DNA of 64,000 nt from NCBI GenBank assembly GCA_016748015.1, contig JAAOMT010000703.1:1176255-1240254 (forward strand), written 5' to 3'. Every line of letters begins with the position of its first letter. Positions within the stretch are counted from its first letter, which is position 1. Both the position numbers and the translations under genes were made by a program. Below are positions 12,945 to 25,910 of this stretch, one piece after another. The notes beneath the pieces are model-generated. The model saw only the letters and a program-made list of their open reading frames with translations, was not told the origin of the DNA and searched no databases. Source of the DNA: Geosiphon pyriformis uo1. Its lineage: Eukaryota; Fungi; Glomeromycota.

Positions 12945-15058
12945 TTTTTTTTGTCTTTTATTTTTATTTAACACATTTAACGAGTGTAGTCCAATCGCTA
13001 TCTAGTATATAGAGCCAAACTAAAAGGCTCAAACTAAACGCAACTCACATACTTTCTACATATGGCTAGCCACTTAGGCCAGACAAGACAATACTACACA
13101 TCTATAATAATCTATACACTGCCACCCAGACCAGAAAAGAAACAATAAGGCTTCCAATGACCAAAGCTAACAGCAAAAGAATCGGTCACACCAAGCAATC
13201 TTACAACACCATCAGACAAAACTGAAGACACACTATAAGAGAGCCCAGAAACAACACCACCGTCACAAACCAGACCAGTCTTCTCTATTACCACCTGGCG
13301 GCTGGCCCTAGCCAACCATACTTTAGCATGATGTAACTCAACCATGAACTTGACATAATCAACAATCTGAGTAGCTGCCACCTTCTTATCCTCAAAAATA
13401 CTGCAAGCTTCCCCATATCACTCCTCCACCACAAACCCTTTGCAAACCAAAGTATACAATCCGACATCAATAGAACATTGAGACAAAACTCACAACACAG
13501 CAGAAGCAAGAGAACCACCAGCCAAAGCTGACCAATAGGCAGAAGTCTCAGCCAAAATCTCGCCACGAATACCAAACTCATGAACACAAGTAAAAGCATG
13601 ATCAGAGAACTCCACTCCACCATAAAACAAACATAACACACTAGGGTAGCACTTATCATACAATCTTTTCTTTACTACCACCGGCAATTTTCTGTGCACA
13701 GCCTTCATAATATAAGTGCAAAGCGTTGAGGATATTCAGCTAGTAAACCCAGTAAGCATATGAAAATCAGGATGCCACATCTTTGCCATGACAACCCAGT
13801 CTATGCAACCAATCATCACATCCGAAACCATGTTACAACCAGGCCCAGCTTCCCAACGAGCACAACAAACAGATCAAAAAATATTCCTGACAAAATGATG
13901 GGCATTACCAAAAACAGCGACACCTTCAGCAACCAAAAAATGTTCACACACATTGGCACAAAGGGAAAAGGGAGATCCAGAGGCAGCCCCAGCAGCCAAG
14001 TCAGCTTCCACATTTCCAGGAATTCCAGAGTGGTCTTTTACCTTAACCCAACTCACACTAAGATCTTTATTCCTGACCAAATTGAAAATATAATGCCTCT
14101 TCAGCCAGCATTAATTATGGAAATTAAAGGTGACCAAAGACATCTCAGATACACATGCATCAATAGCAGCCTGGCTGTCAAGACGTAACACCACAGTACT
14201 TGAAGAAGAAACACACTCCAAAGCCAAAGCAACAGTCTGCAATTTGGCTATAGTAGATGACAAAAGGCCACTAATAGCAATACCAATGCTCTTATCCAAG
14301 ACCAGAAAGTATGCAGCAGCACCACAGATGACCTCAGCAGAGCCTACATTCCTCAAAGACCCATCCATAAAAACTTCAAAAAAGCCCGACCAAATGTTAT
14401 GCAATCCATCTTTTACTGCAGAAAATTCCCCAAACTCCAAAATGTCTAAACCAAGCTTTTCCGCAGAGCCAATAGACCCAGAAAATGAACAACTCTGACT
14501 CTTCAAAAACTCAGAAGAAACCAAGAACCAATGAGGCACAGGGCCACGCAGATCCAATTTCTTCCAATGATGAAAAGTTTTCCAATTCAATAAAACACCT
14601 TTCTTATCAAAAAGCTGATTACTAAAAGTGACACCAAAGTGTCTAAGAGATTTGACTGAGTCAAAATACAGAGACTTTCCAAGAATAGAGAACAACAGAA
14701 AATGACCAAGACTATGAAATGCAGTGGAGAGGTTGTTCACCAAAGAAAGCTCATTGCCCAACAAAATCTTCACCATCTCAGCCAAAAAATTGTTCATTGG
14801 ACTAACACCCAACCTGACCGGAAACTGCAAAGGATCCAAAAGAGCCCAACTAAGAACCTGCAGATCCAAAAACCTATGTCTAAACAAATGCCCAAGAATA
14901 CCAAAGGCATTAAAAAACATTATCAGAGCAGCAACCTTTCTTTCCAACTGCACCTGCTCAAAAGGCTTTAGGCCATACAATGAGGGATGATACAAAGCAG
15001 CATCAGGAAAATCATAGAGAAGACAAGCCTTAAACCTAAGACCTTTTCTAATCATCTT
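12945..15058 (-). mobile_element. 5'-truncated LINE: ORF2 C-terminal part with RNase H and zinc finger, 3' UTR and A-rich tail
   Basis: RNase H motifs VFMDGSL, SSTIAKLQTV, RLDSQAAI, WVKVKDHSGIPGNVEAD; zinc-finger relic CLFYGGVEFSDHAFTC; stop at 13112; T-rich run 12945-12970. Confidence 0.9.
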
Positions 15059-17367
15059 CTTTGGTTTTTTATTAATTTTATATTATTTGTATTAATTAAT
15101 TTTAAATAATTTTTTTTTAAATAATAATAAAAACATATTAATTTGAATTAATTTTTGATTATATTATCTTATATATTAGTTTTTAATCAATTTTTCTTAA
15201 TTTTAAAAACAAAATAAGTTATGTTTTTATATGTATTTTTAATTAATTACTTTAAATTTTAAAAATTAAACTAATTAAATAAAAATTAAATTTATTTATT
15301 TTTCGTTTTTATTAGTATTATTTTAAAAATATTTAAAAAAAAATTATTAATTATTAAAAATTTACCAATAGATAGTTTTTATTCTAATATTTAATGTTTT
15401 TTAAGATTAAATTGATTTATATTAAGATTGTTTTTTAATTTAAATATGATTTTATTAATATAAAATCTGTGTTTAAAAATAACATAAAATTATTTTATAT
15501 AAAATTTGTTTTTTAAGTTTTATTAAATATTTTCAAATTAAATTTTTTAACTTTATTTGTCTTTTTATTTTTAAATTATTCTGTTATTATTGCTTTATAA
15601 GATTGTTTTAAAATATTATTGTTATTAATATTAAAAATATTTTTAAAATATATTAAAGTTTATTAATATTTAACAATATATTATTGTTTATTTTAATTTT
15701 TTAATACAGTTATAATTGTTTTTAATTATTAATTAGTTTTAAGAATAAGATTAAAATTTTTTTTATGTTAATTAAAAAAAAGTTATTATTTTTTATAATA
15801 TATATTAAAATCAAGTTAATTAATCTTTTTTTTAGTTATATAATCTTTAAATTTAATAAATTAATCTTATAAATTTATAATTATACTTACCTTATTCTTT
15901 ATTTTTTTCTTAATAACTGCAATTTGTAATTGTTATTTTTAATTTTTTAAAAATTTAAATATTGTAATTATTAAGATTAATACTTTTTTAAAATATTGTA
16001 TTTAATAAAAAACTCTTAATTATTAGTATTATTTTAAATATTAAAATTTAGATTATCTAAGTTTAGATTATAAAATATTTTTATTTTATTTTTTTAAAGT
16101 TTTTATTTAAGTTTAAAATTAGTTATAAGATTTTTAAACTTTGTTTTATTAATATTAAATCTTATATTAAGACTTTTGTTTTATTAATTTTTTTTATTAT
16201 GTTTTTAATTATTATTGTTATTATTATTGTTATAAATTTTTTGATTAATTTTAAGTTGGTTTCTTTAAAATATAAGTTGATAATATTAATTTTACTAATA
16301 AAATTATTATTAAACTTATAATATTTTGGTTTTTTTAATAAAAAAACTAATTGATAATTTTTTTGCTTTATATATTAAATTAAATGAAAAATATTTTAAA
16401 ATTCAGAAAAATATTAATACTTTTAATAATAAATTAAATAATGTATATAAAAAATAAGTGAATTTAGAATTAAATATAATACTAATAATAATAAAAATAT
16501 AAAAGTTTTTGGTAATAAAGTTAATAAAAATATATTTACTTATATAATAACTTTTTAAGAATTTTATGTTTTTAAAATTAAATTAAATACAAATAATATT
16601 ATTAAATAAATAAATAATATAATTAAAAATAGTTGTATTTTAGCTGTATATATACATAAAATATTTTCTTAAAATAAATTTTTTTTGTAATTTAGCTTTA
16701 ATTAAACTTATATGTCTAATTACATATAAAAAACATGTAAATTACTTCAAATTTAAAATACTTAATTTATTATATTGTATTAAATAATAATTGAACTTTA
16801 TATATTTTATATTTATATCTTATATGTTAATTTTATAAATAATAATTATTTTTATTACAAATTAATATTTTAAAAAAAATTAGATTAAGATGCTTAAATA
16901 ATAAGAAAATTACATTATAAGTATAATCAATAAATTTTTTTTTACATAATTAAACTTAATATAAAATTATTATTATTATTATATTATATTATATTTTATT
17001 TAAAGCAATTAATTAAAAGCATTTAACATAATTCATATAAATACAAACACAAAATTTAAAATATTTTGTTTGTAAATATAATTTAAAAAAAATATTTATA
17101 TAAATTTTATAAAAATGGCATTTTTGTGATTTCAAAATTTTTAGCCAATTACAACTCAAGATAAATGGATAATAAAAATGCCATTTTACAAAATTCACAA
17201 TTGTATTTAAATAATTAGTTAATACAGAGATCATCAAAGATCCAGAACTAAGGGAATTTTTTGCGCTTTGCAAATTTTAACTTGGGAAAACAAGACTCTT
17301 GAAATAAATTAGAAAACAAGGATAAATCACCAAGCGATTAACATTGATATCTGAACCCAAAACTACC

Positions 17368-17883
17368 TTACGCGTCATCTATCGAAGTAACTTTTTTACC
17401 GGTCTTCTTGATGGTTTCCAGGACACTATCCTTAGACACAGTAGCATTCACAATCACTAATTGTTCGGCAAGATTGACATCTACCGCGGTAACACCTGTT
17501 CGTTTTTTTAATTGTGTTATGATTGAAGGGAAAAGATAAATTGATGTCGAACCAAACAAAGATGATGATAAACCAAAATCAAAAAAATAAATTTAGTAAG
17601 ACAAAGCTGTAAAAGCTGTAAGATCCAGCAAAGGGAACAAACCAAAATGAAGTGTCCTGCTTCTCAATTTCCAACTTTACTCAACAATAACTTACCCTCA
17701 GCTTTCTTCAAGGCATTTTCCACCGAGTTCTTACAACCGCCACAGCTCATAGCCACATTAAATTTATAGGTTTGCTAAAAGAATAAGTGCCAAAAAAGAA
17801 GTCAAATAAAGCCTTCGAACCATGAAAACAAAACTGTGATTTGCTGCTATCCTTTGAACCAAGAAAATTACCTCTTCGTGCAT
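17368..17883 (-). CDS. ATX1: copper metallochaperone (HMA domain), 72 aa, 3 exons
   Basis: Exons 17883-17872, 17774-17696 and 17495-17368 with GT-AG introns give MHEEQTYKFNVAMSCGGCKNSVENALKKAEGVTAVDVNLAEQLVIV..VLETIKKTGK; MxCxxC and KKTGK motifs. Confidence 0.95.
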
Positions 17884-18591
17884 ATTTTATAGAATTAAGC
17901 GAAATAAAGTAATGTATGTTAAATCGTCGAATATTAGGACCACTAAACGCGTTTTAAACGAAGGGTATTTGTAGATTTGGTTTGCAAAGATGATTATATT
18001 TTTTCAATTTATGGATTATGTATAGTAACCATCGGTTGATTTAACGATAAGTTATAATACAGGAGACTGATCGGTCCTGTTTCAGATTAAAAATTCAAAA
18101 TTTGTACCTGGATGCAATCATCTAAAATAGTGAATGATAATTTATTTAGTAATCAAGGATATTTTAAGCTCGTGCGATTTTTAACAGTCGTATTATTTTT
18201 CGAAATTTGTTGAAAACGTTAGAGATGGGCAAGACATTGATTCCAGCATTGAAAATTAAATTCTCAAACCAAAAAAAACTTCAAGGTAATTATTTAAAAC
18301 AAATATCATAGAATTATTGGTCAGAGTATTAATATTTTCGGTTGGCGTTGAGCTGATGAACTTTTTCGAAAGATCCACGATTTCTAATTTTATTTATTTG
18401 ATGGCAAAGAAAATAAATCATAATTAGTAAACTCCAAAGATCGACTATAATCATTCCTATAAACTTAATCCATAAAGCCAATTCAACGTACCTTGATTTA
18501 TGGCAAAAATTGTCCACTGCCATCATACTTATATAAGTCACCGCATAAACAAACATGGTTCTCAATGCGATAAGTGAATCAAAGCTTATAC

Positions 18592-19148
18592 TTAAGTCGC
18601 TTCAACAGGTTCTTTCCTTTTCCAATACTCCCCAACTACAGGGACGCGTTCTAAAACATCTCTACGAAATCTCGGAATCGCTTCAGCAAATAAGGCGACC
18701 AAAACACCAGTGGAAGCCCCAAAACCAATTACGGAGGGTGCCCTTGAATTAAACAGTTCCATTAAGAAAAAATTAGATCGAGCAAAAAACGAATCAGTTA
18801 AAGTAAGAAAACAAGAGAATTCACAAACACGGACATTGCTAATATTAATCTAACAAATTTGGTCTTTTGGATTGATATTTCTAAAACATGTTCCTTCACT
18901 ATAGCTTGAAAAGGATCTTAAATTCAATCAAGTAGAAAACCTTTGACATGAAAGAACTTGATCTTGTTTGAAATGCTATTCTTAATCTAAAGTTTCCAGC
19001 TACTTCTATTTGAGCTAAAAAAATTCCTTGAAGTTTAAAGCAACTAGTTTAGTTTGAAAATTAATTTCACTGGTACTTACCACCGGCGAGCTTTTTCTGG
19101 AGTGATGCCAAAGACGTGAGGTTGAATTTTGACACGTGGAAGTGGCAT
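18592..19148 (-). CDS. QCR10: cytochrome b-c1 complex subunit 10, 72 aa, 2 exons
   Basis: Exons 19148-19081 and 18742-18592 give MPLPRVKIQPHVFGITPEKARRWAPSVIGFGASTGVLVALFAEAIPRFRRDVLERVPVVGEYWKRKEPVEAT, matching the fungal Qcr10 pattern; absent from the ORF track. Confidence 0.9.
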
Positions 19149-22100
19149 TTCAAAAAATCTTCGGGTACAGATGTCCAGATGAGCACGAAATTCTTTAGCT
19201 GTCTTTATTGGGTGAAGGTATAAATGGTAAAGGAAGAAGCTCACACTTGTATTTCACGTGAGTTTCACAACATCATAGTGAAAATCTTTTTGTAGAGTAA
19301 TGCCTATCAATAAAACTACTTTGCATGACAATAAATATTTCCAATATATTTTCTGCACGCTCTTCCCTGCCTTCACAAATGAAGCCCTTACCACTATCTA
19401 CGCCTGTCTCTAATGCCAAGCAAAAAGAGGCTTTCGGGCGACAAAAACGCTCCTCTCTCGATTTCCATCCTACGAACTGCTCAGCGATACTGGCCAGGTG
19501 TCAACTTCAGACGACAGTGAATTAAGGCGGAGTAGCTTCAGAAGCTGTGGTTACCCATTGCGACCATCTCTGCCGCTTTGCACTCAATTTCTCCAATACA
19601 TCTTTTCCCCCATTCAGCAAAACTCGAGTATAAAAATTTCCAGAATGTTCTTGCCATCAACAAGAACAGTGAGCAGCTAAATGCAGAAGAGAGCGCCAGA
19701 TGAAAACTAGGACAAAGGAACTACGCAACAAGCGGGAGAAACTATCAACCGTATGTTGCTGATCAAGATGTGTCCCAACCACCCTCAGAAGCAGTTATTG
19801 AAGCGATGTATGGCTTGACGAGATTTGCCTTAATACCGTAATGGGGTGGAACAAAAGACGTTGTGTTGTGTTAAAGCAAAACTACATGACGGAAAAGAAA
19901 TGATTGAAGCCTAAGACATTTCAAAAAAAAGTCTTCTTTTGATGATGTTTCAGCTATCTGGGCAAACGAAATTTTTCTAGAGGCGTCATCCGTCTCACGA
20001 GGTTGGTTAGGTTTGGCTCCTTCTAATGTAACTGATGAAGTCATTGATTAGACGTTAACACCGCGAACGAAAATTATTAGACATAATACACAGAAACAAG
20101 ATGCGCCAGCACATCATCTTTCTTTCCATGTAATTATTGGATCAGAAGATTCGCACTCTGATAGTGGAAACTTTTTTATGTAACATATCTTCACATTTCG
20201 TCAATGCATGCCTATGCACTTCAACATAAGGTAAAAAATTTTAGGTCTTGAAAAAAATCTCTAGGACCGCATTTTTTAATTTAACCCTTTTTTTTAGTAA
20301 TAAGTATAACACAGAAACAATAAGTGCCTATTAGCAGAAGATTACATCTGACGGAAAGTTAAATATTTTCAAAAAACCAACAAATAAACGTTTTCCGTGT
20401 CTATGGGGCGCAAAGAAAAGTCTGCGAAATCCAAGTGGGCAGCTCCGTTAATGCAGTCTCTATTCACCATAGAGTTTGTACACCCTTCAGTCGGTATTCC
20501 CTTCTAAAGTGTGGGTAAAATAAGATCTGGTGACAGGGGATGAATTTTTCGCCTGTGTAACTGGCTATCTTTAATTCAAAGCATAAGAAACGCAGGACCC
20601 GGCGACTCGACAAAGTAGTCTCGCACATATGACGAAAGACCGTGCGTCTGCAGAATGAAATCCACAGAAAGCCGATCATGTTCTTCATTTGCGAGTTTAT
20701 AATCCCGTGGCATTGATAAGCAATAGTATTCTTAAATTTAAATTTTAGACTTTTGGTCAATTTCGATTTAAAATTTTTCTTAAATTGTCCAAGCCGCTTA
20801 GTGTTTTTTAATCCTTATTACTTATTTATTGTTTTGATTTCGCTTTTTCAGTGTCTAATATTTATTTTTAATGGTATTGCCGTCTTCGGTTTATTGGCTG
20901 ATATGAATAATTTTAAATTTTCCAAATATGTCTATTGTTTTTTGGATTAAAATAATAATAATAACAACAATAATAATAATCTGATTTTTTCACCGTTCAA
21001 AGTGCTCACAGCATTTCCTATCGTATTTTGCTTGGTTTTTTTATTCATTAAAAGTGCAAGAGTTATAGTGAATGGTGAGATTTCCTGGTATTTTCTTTAT
21101 TATATCAAACTGCCTCAAAAGAATTCAAACCAGTTTTGATAGAAAATGTAGTGACCGTGAAATACATCCCATTGGCCCGAATTTCCATGATAAATTTGAG
21201 CAATTTAAAATTAATCTTTATAACATTATTTAATGGAAAAGAAACAATTTTGGGACTAAAGTCGTAAATAAAGAACTTGAAGAGTAGAAAAATTCCTCCC
21301 ATTCATCATATAAAAAATACAATAATTTTGGAATTGATTTGTTTCAATCTTGGAGTAAAATAGTCAATAGCCCCATTATAGGAGTAAAATTTTGATTTTC
21401 CGAAACTAAATTTTTATGCGAAAGAAATTGCCCTTTTCTCATTTTAAAAAAAGATGACAATTTTCAATAAAAAATCCTTTTCTTAATATACTCATGAAAA
21501 ATAATTTTCGTATTTTTACAATTTCCGTTGATGAGTTTCACGGAAATCTTAAAGACACGTGTTTAGTAATAACGCTTTGAACGACAATGTGCAACTGTCA
21601 AAATTTTCCATATATTTTCCATAAAATCCCTGGAGTCCCTTAAAATACCTCAAGGTTTTTAATTCAAAGTTCCCTCAGAAAACCAAAATTTTTTATCACC
21701 ATTAGGCATAATAAAAAAGATAATTAAATTTGTTGCGTTTTTTATTTTTTGAACAAAATTGAAAATGAATTTAAATTACCGATTACCTAAAAAATAAAGT
21801 AATAAGTTAAATTGCTGAATTATTTATAAAATTAAATTAATTAAATTAAACTAACATTTTTTTTAGTGAGTTGAAGTTTAATGAGTCCACCTATAATTTA
21901 TCATAATGATCCACCTTTTAGAAAATTTCTCGGCATAGTAAATTATCAAAATTTACCCTTACAAAGTACAACTAAGGTTTATCTCTGAATTATTCAATTA
22001 AAATTAATGGATCATGTAAAAAGTCGAACTTTGATTTCTATAAGACTTTTGGGACCACGTGTTGAAGAAGAGTGATGACGGATAGAAGAAATATTCAGGG

Positions 22101-22494
22101 ATTTGGCGATGAGCGGTTTTAGAGCCGAGTTTGGTAAAGCGAAAAACGGTATACTTGAAGTAGAATCAATTGTTGAGATTAGATTGGTTTTGTCAAGATT
22201 GCGAAGGGGGATCTGGGTTTTTGGAAAATTTCTAGTGGGCTTGAGACTGCAAGTAAAATAATAATATGTATTCAAAATTTCAATCTTAATTAATGATTAA
22301 AAAAGAATAGAAAAATTATAACAAATTAAAAATTACAATATCACGTTTATCGCTATCACATAAGAAATCCATTCATGATTATCCCCAAGTTGCCACATTT
22401 AAGACACTTGAATTCATCTGAAAGCTTCGAAATCTAAAATTCTCCTTTCGAACTCTAGGTATTTAAAGTGACGATTTTGTGATTGTAAAATGAT

Positions 22495-23330
22495 ACGTTC
22501 CAGGTGGATCATAGTCACTATTCAAACGTACTAACATTGCTTTATATTTCGTTCCAGGGTTATCTTTAGCTTCGGATTTTGGTTCCGAAAGTCTTTGCTT
22601 CTCGCTGGCTTCCAGAGTTAGCAGCAAGAGAATCCGAAAAATCAGCTTTCTCTATTCCATCCTGCCATTTCTTCTTTAAAGTCTCCAAATGTTTAACTGT
22701 TACATGGAATCATTCAGAGATGCCTCTTAATTATATTTAAGAGTTCATTCAAAAGCCTGACAATAGTCAAAGATGGCTGAAAAAAAGATATGGGTATAAA
22801 TGAATCTGGGTCATATCGCAAGATTGCATCAGAGCTAAGCCGTTGATCATCCAAACTTTTACGTTGGATTAGAGTTTCTAAAACGCTTAATACTTAATTT
22901 TTTAGAAAGGAGTCAATATTAGGATATAAAGCAGAATAAATGGCATTCTTTCGGTCATCCAAATTACAGCCAGTAATCGTTGTACGCGTGAGTAAAGCAA
23001 GGAACGGAATAATCACACACTGAAAAGAGAGTAAATTTGTCTCCTGCCCAGCATCTGCCGAGGCAGAAATCCTATAATTTCTCTTAATCGATCTAAACCT
23101 ACGTCACAGCCAAGCTTAGCTACAAGGTCTTCCTTTTTCTTATCAGCCGTTAGAAGGCAAGAATTAACGAAGTGTCGAACTTGCCGCTGGTTCGTTAAAG
23201 GTTTATGAATAAGCCTTTTCCATACTGTCTAATAAGTCTGCTTGTATAAGAAATACAATGGCTTCACTGCCCTCGAAAGAGAGAGCCACAGAGTTAAAGT
23301 TTTCCGTCAAGCGCTCGCGTGATTTTTTGA
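22495..23330 (-). pseudogene. fragment resembling the N-terminal region of fungal ZNFX1-like SF1 helicases
   Basis: FVNSCLLTADKKKEDLVAKLGCDVGLDRLREII / SADAGQETNLLSFQCVIIPFLALLTR..NAIYSALY..YDPPG; frameshifted, with no helicase domain following; family call is from memory of motifs. Confidence 0.45.
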
Positions 23331-23454
23331 CAGTTTCAGGAGGGGGGAGTGCCCCTTGAAAAGCTTTAGCATGGTCATAAAAAGGATGCGGTGGACGGTC
23401 GCCTCGTGACCATCCCCCCTCTTTCAGGGGTTCCTTGAGGCCGTCTTAATTTAT

Positions 23455-23915
23455 TTGTCTCAAATATAGTTCATATGCTTTTTTAAGGTTTTTTGTTGTT
23501 CCATCCATTTTGAAAGCACTATCCAAGGTTGTATAGTCCATTTGTATTTTTCGCAGTTCTGCTATTTTTGAATAAAGTTCAAATGGGTTTCCGGATTTTT
23601 TGTAGTTGTCCATCCATTTCGATGACGCGTTTCAAGTTTGTTTTGTGGATCTTGATTTTCCACTTTCCAGATTTTTTGTTGTTCCCGATCTACTATGATA
23701 ACAAAATCTAAGATTGCTTTTGAATAAAGCTCAAATGCTTTTTCCAAATTTTTTATTGTTTCCTATCATTTTCATAATATCCAAGATTGTTTTGTGAATT
23801 TAAATCTCACGCCTCTGCCACTTTTGGATAGAATTCAAATACTTTTTCCAGATTTTTTGTTTCTGATACATTTCATAACATCCAAGATTGTGTTATGCAT
23901 TTAATTCCCGCCTTC
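23455..23915 (-). pseudogene. SEL1-like (TPR) repeat relic
   Basis: About 4 degenerate units of NLG.(C)YENG..T.KNLEKAFELYSKAAE, e.g. SQNNLGYYEN, KNLEKAFELYSKA, GLYNLG*CF, TKNLKKAYELY. Confidence 0.8.
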
Positions 23916-24168
23916 CAAAATTTTTTTGATCGCGCCCAAGATATTTTTTGGAGAAATGGCCATTCTTTGATAACTGGTAAAATTACAGGAGCCAGAAATC
24001 TAGACAACGCTTCTTTCCAGACTTGATCGGCACATTTTATATGTCCCGGTTTACCCTCTTTTACATAAATATTCGATCAAAGACATCTGCAATTATGTAC
24101 AAAATTAAATATTAAAGCAAATAAATACCTTGCATGACAATATTTCGTCAACATTGATTGCATATGAG

Positions 24169-24358
24169 AGCTTGCACTAAAGTGCTGAACGAAGAGTTCA
24201 TCACTGGAGACGAAGAGTCCCAGCTTGCACTAAAGTGTATTAAAGCACTGAACGAAGAGTCCCAGCTTGCACTAAAGACATAAGAGTAGCTTGCACAAAG
24301 TGCTGAATGAAGAGTTCAGCTTGCACTAAAAGCTATAAGAATCCCTGCTTGCGGTAAA
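24169..24358. repeat. irregular minisatellite built on AGCTTGCACTAAAG / GAACGAAGAGT modules
   Basis: Five to six copies of (A)GCTTGCAC(T)AAA are visible, with variable spacers. Confidence 0.8.
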
Positions 24359-24659
24359 TCTCTAGGAATCGGTTTACGTCCTCTTTTCTCAATCAGAAAG
24401 AAACTAGTATTGATAAACCATCGCTCAATGCTTTCGTAGCGTTCTAATATGGCAAAATACTTGATTTTATCAAATTCTTTGCTACAAAAATTTTCCTTAG
24501 AAATGAAGTGATAACATTCAAAACATCATTCCAATTTTCTCTTTATCTTTCCATTGAATTCGTGAAGAGTTTCTAGGTAATGAGAGTTACTTGTAATTAT
24601 CACTTTTATTTGATATTCAAAATCCTAATGCCGGAAGTTTCCAACCATTTTTTATTTAA

Positions 24660-25910
24660 ATGGAAATATGTTAAACAGATAGGCCAGGTATCCCAATGAA
24701 TGGAATTTGTCAGACGATTTAGGTATGAATCTTATATGTTTATACATCGTTTAATCATTCCATTTTTTAACCTTTGACATTTTCCAAAGACACAATGACG
24801 ATCATCTATAGGTGCTGAATATGGTCTCTCTTTAAATAAAATTATTTAACATTAACTACTATCCCTTTAACGTGAAATCGGATTGAATCGATCTCAAGGT
24901 CAAAGCGAACACATTTTCTCGGATAAAACCGATAAACTTACCTAAAATGTCGAAAATCTTCCGTGGGTGGGAAAGTTTCTAATGGGATTGAATCTCCTCG
25001 AACTATCAACGAGATTGCCCTCAAACGAGGTAAACGTTATGAACGCTTCAACCCCTCAATCATCATCTAATGATGTGAGTCAATCAGATGCTTCCGCAGG
25101 AAAAGAATGTGATAAGCCTCGATTCACTGATGCTACTATATGCATGACATCACCAACCCGAAACCAATTGAAGCTATCAAGGGTTTTTGGATTCTTTCGG
25201 GTGTTTGTCATACCATTCTCGTAAGCACAATTTCAGATGGTATATAAAACACAATCACTTGATGAACAGGCACTTTTACAAGCTGCCAATGACGTTGAAT
25301 ACGTATTTAGATCACGGGATTCTAAAAATTGTAATCACTGTTTTGGAAGGAAATGAGATTCATTATGGAATGTTGAACGTCTTGTAATTCACCAGCTCAC
25401 GAAAAAGAATGAATGTTATAATAAGGTCGCTAAAAGATAAAAGAATTTATTTGTTTTGTAAAGGAGGTGATAATGTATTCTTTGAAAGGTTTTCCACTGA
25501 GCAAGATTTTATGTTAAATACAACTGGTGAGCATTTAGGAAGTTTTGCCAAAGAGGTTATGTTGAATTTTTCTTATATAAAGTATAGCTTATATACACTA
25601 ATTAATTCAATTTGATAACGGATCTAAGAACATTGTGTTTGGCAAGGAAAATGATTGATCCATCCTACTATGGAAAATGGAATCTTGAGTTTCGGGAAGC
25701 ATCTACGGCAATCATTGATCGTGAAAAAAGGATCGCTGCTGTTTGTGATCAAGTTGAAACCAATTTAACCCTCGACTCCAGGATGGTGTACTACAATGTA
25801 TGGCCACGCTCAAACGAGCTGGTATCAAATTTGGGTTTTGACCAGTGATAAAATGGAAACGACAATCAGTATCGGTTTCTCAACTTTTTGTTGAGGAAAG
25901 ATATGTGACG
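24660..25910 (+). pseudogene. internal fragment of a Dnf1/Dnf2-type P4-ATPase (phospholipid flippase), with introns
   Basis: WNLSDDLG[intron 24723-24898]QSEHIFSDKTDKLT*NV; GVCHT; SLDEQALLQAA; L*FTSSRKRMNVI..LFCKGGD; AKE[intron]LRTLCLA; RLQDGV..AGIK/WVLTSDKMETTISIGFS; stops, frameshifts and deletions. Confidence 0.92.

Noticed and set aside
9677-14990. Plus-strand ORFs (9677, 10609, 11177, 13760, 14130, 14702, 14724)
   Set aside because: Antisense shadows of the retroelement ORFs
15060-17000. Continuation of the LINE RT or another pol relic
   Set aside because: Too mutated; only ambiguous motif echoes
18329-18565. Hydrophobic 78-aa ORF
   Set aside because: Lies in the expected QCR10 3' UTR and has no recognisable family motif
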